Of a stretch of 64,000 nt of DNA, positions 56,024 through 63,549 are shown piece by piece (positions within the stretch are counted from its first letter, which is position 1; each line of letters starts with the position of its first letter). The translations under genes were made by a program, and so were the position numbers. Source of the DNA: a virus. The stretch is taken from IMG/VR virus record IMGVR_UViG_3300035670_000160, positions 6,957 through 70,956 of that record; one strand, given 5' to 3'. Below the pieces are notes generated by a model, which saw only the letters and a program-made list of their open reading frames with translations, ran no database searches and was not told the origin of the DNA.

Positions 56024-56353
56024 ATGAGTTTCACATCTAAAGATTTGAGAGAGTTGATGTCTCAGCCTAAGCCGAGACATGGAGACTTCTTGTATATCAT
56101 TCAAGCCAAACAAAGTGGTCATCTCAAGATAGGTAGGACTAAAGATGTCCCCACTCGACTTAGAAGTCTCCAAACGGGAAATAGTGATGAACTCAGACTT
56201 ATAATGAGCTTTGAAGGTTGGGGGTGGCGAGAAAGACGCATACATGAGGACTTAAAGAAGTGGAGATTGAAGGGTGAATGGTTTTTAGCTGAATGTATAG
56301 ACCATTTGCCTATTGACATATATGAGCTGATTGACCTCACTCTATTAGACTAG
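56024..56353 (+). CDS. T5orf172/MUG113-type GIY-YIG-like protein
   Basis: LYII..KIGRT..RLRSLQTGN..E..IH..GEWF. Confidence 0.85.
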   Translation: MSFTSKDLRELMSQPKPRHGDFLYIIQAKQSGHLKIGRTKDVPTRLRSLQTGNSDELRLIMSFEGWGWRERRIHEDLKKWRLKGEWFLAECIDHLPIDIYELIDLTLLD

Positions 56354-56588
56354 ATTTCATCTCATCTTCAGAGGGCTTTGAGCTCTCCGACGGCGAGATT
56401 AATATATTTCTTTTTGTCTTAGTACGCCCCCCCGTTTTAGCAGAAATATAAATTCACGAAGCGAGCAACTCGCCTTTTATCGGCATATCTCTGTGCCACT
56501 CTCCTTATTTCTAGTTTAGCTTGGTTATAAAACCACTAAACACTTTCTGATATGAGTCGGGACTCCCTCAACTTGCAAGGCGGTACAT

Positions 56589-58175
56589 ATGGAGAATGAT
56601 AAGCTCTTAGCGACGATTGAGAAACTTCGTCAGGTGCGTATAAAAGACGACCTTAAGGCTCCCCCCTCAAACATTTTAAAGACGACCCTAGACAACGGCA
56701 ATCCGTTGACCCTTAGGCAGTATCAGATTCAGGGCATACTTCACCTTTTGGCGATGCCCCGCTTCGTCTTAGGTGATGATACGGGCTTAGGGAAGACACT
56801 CCAAACAATCGCGGCGCTGTCTTATTTATGGGATAAGAACCCAAATATCCCCGCTCTTATCTGCACCACCAAGAGCGCGGTGGGTCAATGGGAGTCAGAG
56901 TTTGACCGGTTTACTAACGGCGTAAAGGTCTTCAAAGTGTTGGGGACTAAGCCTAAGCGTCAGAAGACTATTTCTGAGTTTAAGACTGCGACTGGTCCGA
57001 AAGTCCTTATATTAGGGTATAGAACTGCGGTGATGGACTTCGACCAAATTCAGATGATGTCGGGTCATGTCATGGTCTTTGACGAAGCGACTGCTTTTAA
57101 GAACGACACCGCGCAGGTACATCAGGTGTGTAAGCATATGGCAGGGAGCGCGGAGCGGGTTTGGTCTTTGTCCGCGACTATCATCAAGAATAGACTCATG
57201 GAAGCGTGGGCTATCTACAAGGTGACTGTGCCGACTCTTTTCACCACTAAAGCCTCTTTCATGCGCCATTATTGCGTCACACGCGACCAAATTATTTCTG
57301 GCGGTCGTAGGATTCCTGTTGTCGTGGGACACAGGAAGAGTGACATTGAGGCGTTCAGAAATATCATTGACCCTTATTTCTTAGGTCGTCCAAAGCATGA
57401 GGTGGCGAAGGAGCTTCCCCCTCTCACGACTAAGATTATTGAGTGTGAACTGAGCAAAGCTCAAGAAGAGAAATATGCAGAGGCATTGTCGGGTCTGTTA
57501 GGATATTTAGACGAGAACACGAAAGAGTTTGTAGAGAGAGAAGTCACTAAGCTGACTGCTGTGACAGTCTGTCAACAGATAGTGAACCACCCTGAGTTAG
57601 TGTCTTGTGAGGGCGACTCAGGGAAGTTGGACTCTCTTTTAGACCTATTAGAGAATGAGATGGAAGGGGAAAAGGTGATTATATTCTCTCGCTTTCGTCA
57701 GATGGTGGATATTTTGGAGAAGGCTATCAATAAAGCGGGGGTTAAGACTGTGAGAATCACAGGCTCAGAGTCTGGAGATGAGCGACTCGCTTCACAGAAA
57801 GCATTTCAAGATGAGAAGTCTGAGGTGAAAGTTTGTCTTATCACGATGGCTGCCGCAGAAGGGGTGAACCTCCAGCTCGCGAAAGCTGTAATCTTTTATG
57901 ATACGCCTTGGTCAGCAGGTGACTATTTACAGATAGTGGGTCGCATGATTCGTATCGGCTCTATACACGATAAGGTATTCAGCTATCACTTAGTAGCTCC
58001 CAAGACGATAGATGATAGGGTGATTAAGACTCTTAAGGCGAAGATGGGTTTGATTGAGAGTGTACTTGGTAAGAGGCTTAAGGCGGATGAGGATTCAGAT
58101 ATGGTGATTGATGTGGGTACGAGTGAGATTGCTGATTTGTTTGATGGTTTGCTTGAAGACGCGCGCAGTAAATAA
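56589..58175 (+). CDS. SNF2-family helicase/ATPase
   Basis: LRQYQ, DDTGLGKT, FDEAT, LSAT, EGVNLQ, QIVGRMIRIG. Confidence 0.93.
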   Translation: MENDKLLATIEKLRQVRIKDDLKAPPSNILKTTLDNGNPLTLRQYQIQGILHLLAMPRFVLGDDTGLGKTLQTIAALSYLWDKNPNIPALICTTKSAVGQWESEFDRFTNGVKVFKVLGTKPKRQKTISEFKTATGPKVLILGYRTAVMDFDQIQMMSGHVMVFDEATAFKNDTAQVHQVCKHMAGSAERVWSLSATIIKNRLMEAWAIYKVTVPTLFTTKASFMRHYCVTRDQIISGGRRIPVVVGHRKSDIEAFRNIIDPYFLGRPKHEVAKELPPLTTKIIECELSKAQEEKYAEALSGLLGYLDENTKEFVEREVTKLTAVTVCQQIVNHPELVSCEGDSGKLDSLLDLLENEMEGEKVIIFSRFRQMVDILEKAINKAGVKTVRITGSESGDERLASQKAFQDEKSEVKVCLITMAAAEGVNLQLAKAVIFYDTPWSAGDYLQIVGRMIRIGSIHDKVFSYHLVAPKTIDDRVIKTLKAKMGLIESVLGKRLKADEDSDMVIDVGTSEIADLFDGLLEDARSK

Positions 58176-58226
58176 GGCGTTTATTTTAGCCCTTCATAAT
58201 AATCCCACACACCGAAGGGCTTTCAT

Positions 58227-58403
58227 ATGTGGTATCTACATGGATTATTGATTATTTCTGCTGTTGCGGTGGGGCTGACTTGGGATGAAGATATTTCTTG
58301 GAACGACCGATTTGTTTTGATTGTATTTCTCGGTCTTACATGGCCCGTTGTTTTGGTGTTAGCGTTATTTCTATATATTGGTTTAAGATACGATAAACGT
58401 TAG
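58227..58403 (+). CDS. 58-aa two-TM membrane protein (not in ORF track)
   Basis: MWYLHGLLIISAVAVG...GLTWPVVLVLALFLYIG. Confidence 0.55.
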   Translation: MWYLHGLLIISAVAVGLTWDEDISWNDRFVLIVFLGLTWPVVLVLALFLYIGLRYDKR

Positions 58404-58460
58404 GGAGAGTGTGGGGTATGTTCTGATATGAGTTCTTAGATGACAGACTAGGAGAACATC

Positions 58461-59198
58461 ATGTCAGAGTGTCAGAGTTGTTTTGGAGCGGGTTATGTGC
58501 AGACGGATGATGGTCCGATGGGGATACCTCAAGCGACCCCTTGTGTCTGCACGATTCAGAAGTCTTTAAAGATTCAAGCAGAGAAGGCGTGGAAGGGATT
58601 GGGGGCTTATCCCGTAAAGCCTTCTCTCTTAGAAGGCAAGATGGAGACTTGTTTATTTATCACAGCTCATCAGACAGAGCTTTTATTAGCTTTGAGAGGG
58701 GCGATGGCACACAGAAATAAGTCTCATGAGTTCGTGAAGATTGTATCTGACGCAGATTGTCTTTCAGCGTGGTTAGGTTCTGCGAGATTAGCGGGAGAGT
58801 CAATCGCTGACCCTGATTTTCAGCATGACTTAAATGTGTTTTCATTACAGGCTCTTGTAGAACCTTGTTCTCTTTTGATTGTTTTGCTGGGGGTGAAGGT
58901 AGCTAGAAATGCCGCGATGTCTGAGGTTTTACATGAGACAATCAGAATTAGGCAGTTCTTGGGGAAGCCTTTGTGGGTCATACAAGAACCGAATCGCCCG
59001 TTAGAGGAGGGGCACCTTGCATGGTCTAGGGCTGTTGAGGTGGCTCTTGATGGCTGGGCTAGGATTTCTTTGGTAAATCAGAAGAGTCAGACGGCTCGTA
59101 TTTCTGTAGATACTACATCTCAGTTATCCTCTTCTACTCTTTCTTCTCACCCTAATCTACCTGCCCCTCGGCACAAGACTTTGAAGCTAGGACGCTAG
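58461..59198 (+). CDS. DnaC/IstB-like helicase loader, degenerate ATPase
   Basis: CQSC.G.GY..PCVC zinc finger; LLIVLLG; IRIRQFLGKPLWV; directly upstream of DnaB. Confidence 0.55.
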   Translation: MSECQSCFGAGYVQTDDGPMGIPQATPCVCTIQKSLKIQAEKAWKGLGAYPVKPSLLEGKMETCLFITAHQTELLLALRGAMAHRNKSHEFVKIVSDADCLSAWLGSARLAGESIADPDFQHDLNVFSLQALVEPCSLLIVLLGVKVARNAAMSEVLHETIRIRQFLGKPLWVIQEPNRPLEEGHLAWSRAVEVALDGWARISLVNQKSQTARISVDTTSQLSSSTLSSHPNLPAPRHKTLKLGR

Positions 59199-59204
59199 TT
59201 TAAT

Positions 59205-60719
59205 ATGAAAATCTTACGAAGCATACTTCCCGACCCTCGCATTGGCGATGACCCCAAAGCCATGCTCCAAAACTACACCTCTTTGAGGGAGTCAATTTTC
59301 AACTTTGACCTTCCTACAGATGTGGAGATTTATGAGTATGTAAAAAACTTTGTAGCGCAACATGGACACCTCCCCACGCAAGAGACTGCGGTTGAATTCT
59401 TTGAGTCAAATAACAAGTTTGACGAAGCAGATAGAGTTCGGTTTATCGCCTCAACCCCTGTTGCTTATAGGGGAGACTTCATATTTCTTATAGAGAAATC
59501 TGTTGAGGAAGGTCGTGTTTTACTTCTGACCGAAACGATGACAAAAGTTAAAGAAATCGTTAAGTCCGGTGTAGAGGTGAAAGAGGGTAAGAAAAAGAAA
59601 ACCCTCAAGGGGGCGCGCGACGCAGGTCGTTATATTTATGGACAGCTTCACACTCTAATGACACCTACTTTCGGAAGTAGCATTGGTGGTGAAGCGATGG
59701 GTGATGGAGATGGCTTTTGGGAGGAGTACAAGAAGACCAAAGAGGCTACGGTTGAACTATGTCCTCAGACGGGACTTCAAGTCATTGACGATGCTCTTGG
59801 TGGCTTCAAGAAAAAAGAACTCTATATCGTGGCAGGCTTCACAGGTCATATGAAGTCTAAAACCGCTATGAATTGGGTTTATAATCAAGCTGTGTTCGGT
59901 GGAACTAGCACGATTTATTTCTCATTAGAAATGCACTACAGCCAATGTCGTCGAACTATCTATTGTTTCCACTCAATGCACCCGAAGTTCAGAAGTAAGC
60001 GTATTGCGCTCGGCATACAGAAACACCCGAACCCTGATGTGGGTCTAGACCCGATTCGCATGAGAGAGGCTACTCTGAACAAAGATGAAGAGTTATTTCT
60101 CAAAGAAGTCATAGAGGACTTACAGACAAATATGTCGAACGGCACATATGGTTCTATTTACTTTGAGGTAGCAGACCCTGACCAGCTCGACTTCACAGTA
60201 GAGGATATGCGGTCTAAAGCGGAGACTCTTGCTCAGAAACACCCTGTAAAGTTGGTTGTGGTTGACCACGCTCTGTTGATGTCGGCTAGAAATTGGGTGA
60301 ACAGCACGACAGAGCGTCTTAACGAGGTCATTCGCGACCTAAAGAAAGTCGCAATGGGCTTCAATCGAGGACAGGGTATCCCAATACTCTGCTTATTTCA
60401 GATAAATCGTGAGGGTTTCAAAGCGGCAGAGAAGAATAACGGGAGCTATAACTTGACTCACTTATCTTATGCGAATGAAGCAGAGCGTTCTGCGGATGTT
60501 GTCATCGCTTCTTGGTTTGGTGATGATATGAGGGAGAAGGGTGTTATCAAATATCAATGTCTAAAGAGTCGTGACCAAGCGCCGTTTGAAGCGTTTGAGG
60601 CACAAACGGCTTGGCCGTCGGGTCGTATCTTAAACATGGCACCTACATTTAATATGGGTGGCGGTAAGCCGAATAATCAGAGTAAATCCTCAGACCCCTT
60701 AGACGATGTCGTCTCATAA
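59205..60719 (+). CDS. dnaB: DnaB-like replicative helicase
   Basis: TGL..ID..LGG, AGFTGHMKS, FSLEM, VVVDH, QINR, ERSAD, KSRD. Confidence 0.88.
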   Translation: MKILRSILPDPRIGDDPKAMLQNYTSLRESIFNFDLPTDVEIYEYVKNFVAQHGHLPTQETAVEFFESNNKFDEADRVRFIASTPVAYRGDFIFLIEKSVEEGRVLLLTETMTKVKEIVKSGVEVKEGKKKKTLKGARDAGRYIYGQLHTLMTPTFGSSIGGEAMGDGDGFWEEYKKTKEATVELCPQTGLQVIDDALGGFKKKELYIVAGFTGHMKSKTAMNWVYNQAVFGGTSTIYFSLEMHYSQCRRTIYCFHSMHPKFRSKRIALGIQKHPNPDVGLDPIRMREATLNKDEELFLKEVIEDLQTNMSNGTYGSIYFEVADPDQLDFTVEDMRSKAETLAQKHPVKLVVVDHALLMSARNWVNSTTERLNEVIRDLKKVAMGFNRGQGIPILCLFQINREGFKAAEKNNGSYNLTHLSYANEAERSADVVIASWFGDDMREKGVIKYQCLKSRDQAPFEAFEAQTAWPSGRILNMAPTFNMGGGKPNNQSKSSDPLDDVVS

Positions 60720-61014
60720 CAAGTCTGACTGCCTTTATTTAATACAAATAAAGGCGGAGGGTCAGATAAAGATAGGTAGATCAACTAATCCAAAAAAGAG
60801 ACTGAAAGACTTACAGTCAGGGTCTCCATATGAGTTAAGACTTTTAATAGTTCTTGAGGGGCAGGGCTGGAGAGAGAAAATACTTCATAGTCTCTTAAAA
60901 GAGTGGGTTTGTTTTGGCGAGTGGTTTTCTAGTGACTGCCTAGACGCGCTCCCTCAAGATATTTCTGAGCGTCTGCCTGCTGATGTAAGCGAGTGGGATG
61001 GTCACATTAAGTAA
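60706..61014 (+). CDS. T5orf172/MUG113-type GIY-YIG-like protein (paralog of 56024)
   Basis: LYLI..KIGRS.NP..RL..LQSG..GWRE..LH..GEWF. Confidence 0.85.
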   Translation: MSSHNKSDCLYLIQIKAEGQIKIGRSTNPKKRLKDLQSGSPYELRLLIVLEGQGWREKILHSLLKEWVCFGEWFSSDCLDALPQDISERLPADVSEWDGHIK

Positions 61015-61430
61015 GTATAGGCGACTTGAATCCCTGCTCTTCTTATATATTCTTCGACATGAAGGGGTGATATTCTCCCCTTAATAATAAACTTGTCTGT
61101 TATATTAAATAAAGTCTCAACCTCAGAGATATTCGGTCGCATAACTCGAAGCATATTTTGTTCTTGGGGAGTCAGTTGAGCAATAAGTATCATGGCGTGA
61201 GAGGGCAGTAAATATGCAAGCGCGAAGGAGGGTGCGCTTGCATATTTAGGGAGTGGTTTTACTCTTGATGTTGGGAGTTGTGGGATTTCCTCACAGAGAG
61301 TCCCTTTTGCTCTTGGATTCTGAGAACAATAAGTTTTATAGGCGAGAGCCTCTGCATATTCAGGGTCATAACCAATATCCTCAAAGCGTTTTTTTATCTT
61401 CCGTATGATAGGGTCTACTTTGTTTCTCAT
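61002..61430 (-). CDS. hypothetical protein
   Basis: GYDPEYAEALAY..YC motif shared with 61427. Confidence 0.55.
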   Translation of the reverse strand: MRNKVDPIIRKIKKRFEDIGYDPEYAEALAYKTYCSQNPRAKGTLCEEIPQLPTSRVKPLPKYASAPSFALAYLLPSHAMILIAQLTPQEQNMLRVMRPNISEVETLFNITDKFIIKGRISPLHVEEYIRRAGIQVAYTYLM

Positions 61431-62032
61431 TTTTTCTTGCCTTTGAGATAAGAAGATGTGTCTTTTTTACAATGTTTTGATGTGGGGTCTTTATATTTAC
61501 ACCATATTGACCATGCCATAGCGAAGGCGTAATCTGTGGGGTATCCTTTTTCTTTTTCAAAATACTCAGCTTTTTCAAGAACATACTTAGGAACATTTCT
61601 TGATTTCGCAGCTTCCGCTACTCTTTCTGCCATTTTTTCAGCATTTCGAGTAGGTAATGCGTGGGTTGAATATCCACCATAAATATTATCTAGCGAGTGT
61701 GCCTTTTTATTTCGAGTAAATAACGGAAATCTTGAAAGAGGCATCTTTTGAAAATAAAACATCACTAAGTCGGCAGAATTAATGATACTATTATCTTTAA
61801 GCTCTTCCATAAGAGAACTGACACTCAAGGGTATTTGAAAACTTTGAGGACTCAGATTAAGATACTCATGGTGTAGGGGGTTACCTAAAGCATTTCGAGT
61901 AAGTTCTTCGCGAGCACTCCAATTAATTTGGTCTATGCCAAACTGCATCTCATAAAGACGGATAAATGCAGTTCTGATTTTTATGCCTTTATAATTTGCA
62001 TCCTTCACCGACACTATGGCTATGGTCTTCAT
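61427..62032 (-). CDS. hypothetical protein
   Basis: C-terminal GYPTDYAFAMAWSIWC; GGAG SD. Confidence 0.55.
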   Translation of the reverse strand: MKTIAIVSVKDANYKGIKIRTAFIRLYEMQFGIDQINWSAREELTRNALGNPLHHEYLNLSPQSFQIPLSVSSLMEELKDNSIINSADLVMFYFQKMPLSRFPLFTRNKKAHSLDNIYGGYSTHALPTRNAEKMAERVAEAAKSRNVPKYVLEKAEYFEKEKGYPTDYAFAMAWSIWCKYKDPTSKHCKKDTSSYLKGKKK

Positions 62033-62104
62033 AGACTCTCCAATTCTCTTTTAGTTAAGTTATAGTCTGAAAGAGATAAAAGAATAATCTTAAAGGAGAT
62101 CAAC

Positions 62105-62911
62105 ATGGCGATTGGAAACGCACGTAAGAATACGGACTCAACCCCAGACGGGACAAGGCAAGGCTCTAGCCACCTTTACGATTACAACTCGTCACCCAAC
62201 ACAAGGGCAGCCATTTCTCAGAAAGTACGAATTCTAACCCCTGTTTATAAGCCGGGTAAGGGGTCAAACAACCTTCTTTATCAGCTTGGGGTGTGTTCTT
62301 CGTTCTCCGCAGACTTCAACAGAGGCGTGGAGGATATTCGTGGTATTGGCTTTGGCGATAGAATTGCAGAGCGCGTCCCCGGAGTTTCTGACCCTGTGGA
62401 TTGTTCGTTAGAGCGTACTCTCATGTATCTCTCTAACGGACACCAAGCGTTTGGTTTTGCGGGTGGTATTGATGGTCCTGTTCGTACACTTCAACACCAT
62501 CGTTGGCCCTTTGATATTGAGCAACAGCTTGTGTTCTCAAGTATTGCTGATGCTGAATCTCCTGTTGTGAACTCTCACAAAGGCATAAGAAATATAGATT
62601 TCTCAGGTCAGACAGTGACCGGTGCTGCCGAGGCGTATGGGACAGGTGGGCAGACGCACAAGGCTATCATCACTTACTTTGAGGCTTGTTGGATGACGGC
62701 GATTACGGGAGCGAACCCAACGGCAGACTCTTCACTCATGGCTCAGAGTATTACCGCCGCAGCACAGGATGTGCATGACTTGTTCAGCACCTACGGCGAG
62801 TTCTTACCTTCGGGTAACGACCCGACCTTAGGTCAGGCGGCAACGATTAGACATAATAACATTGTTAGGGGTGCTAAAGGACTTAGCACAAACAACATTA
62901 ATGTGAACTAA
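62105..62911 (+). CDS. putative tail tube protein
   Basis: AAGGAG SD; LGVCSSF..R.VE.IRGIG..E.VPG..PFDIEQ..YFEACW pattern of large myovirus tube proteins. Confidence 0.65.
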   Translation: MAIGNARKNTDSTPDGTRQGSSHLYDYNSSPNTRAAISQKVRILTPVYKPGKGSNNLLYQLGVCSSFSADFNRGVEDIRGIGFGDRIAERVPGVSDPVDCSLERTLMYLSNGHQAFGFAGGIDGPVRTLQHHRWPFDIEQQLVFSSIADAESPVVNSHKGIRNIDFSGQTVTGAAEAYGTGGQTHKAIITYFEACWMTAITGANPTADSSLMAQSITAAAQDVHDLFSTYGEFLPSGNDPTLGQAATIRHNNIVRGAKGLSTNNINVN

Positions 62912-62967
62912 ATCTTAAATATAACCCTCTTGGTATACTTGCTAGTATTTCTCAAGAGGGAGTCACA

Positions 62968-63543
62968 ATGAAGTTATCTAGCTTAAAAGAATTATTAGCC
63001 CCATTATCTAAGGTAGGTCACGCTTCAAAAGTCGTGACGATAGAGGGGCAGAATATAACCCTTCGCACACTCACTTCAAAAGAAGAGGCAGATGTGCAGA
63101 GGGTTATTTCTAATTTACGAGAGGAAGACGAGTTATCAACTTTGGAGTTTGTGGATATATTTCGTAGAGAGTCTCTATCTAGGAGTATCATAGAAATAAA
63201 TGGTATTTCTTTGAGTGACCCATTTATTGAGACAGGAGATGTACTAGAGAGTGGAGTGGCGGTGAAGGTGAAGCGAGAAGAAGCACTTGGGGAGATTTTG
63301 GGAGGTTTCTCAAGGGTAGTGATGACTACATTATTTCAGGAGCTTGCTGCTTTGTCAGAGAAGGCGGAGAGTACACTCACTAAGCAGTTAGAGCAGGGGA
63401 CTTTGAATTTGGAGGAGGAGAAGAAGAACTTAGAGTCTCGTGTGCAGACTCTGAATAATCAACTTGAACAGACAAAGGTTTCAAACGCCAACTCGGAGAT
63501 TAGAAATCTGTCCTTCACCAACGCGATGAAGGAAATGGGCTGA
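62968..63543 (+). CDS. putative tail assembly chaperone
   Basis: follows tube; ITLRTLT..E..LSRSIIEING. Confidence 0.55.
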   Translation: MKLSSLKELLAPLSKVGHASKVVTIEGQNITLRTLTSKEEADVQRVISNLREEDELSTLEFVDIFRRESLSRSIIEINGISLSDPFIETGDVLESGVAVKVKREEALGEILGGFSRVVMTTLFQELAALSEKAESTLTKQLEQGTLNLEEEKKNLESRVQTLNNQLEQTKVSNANSEIRNLSFTNAMKEMG

Positions 63544-63549
63544 TGAGGG

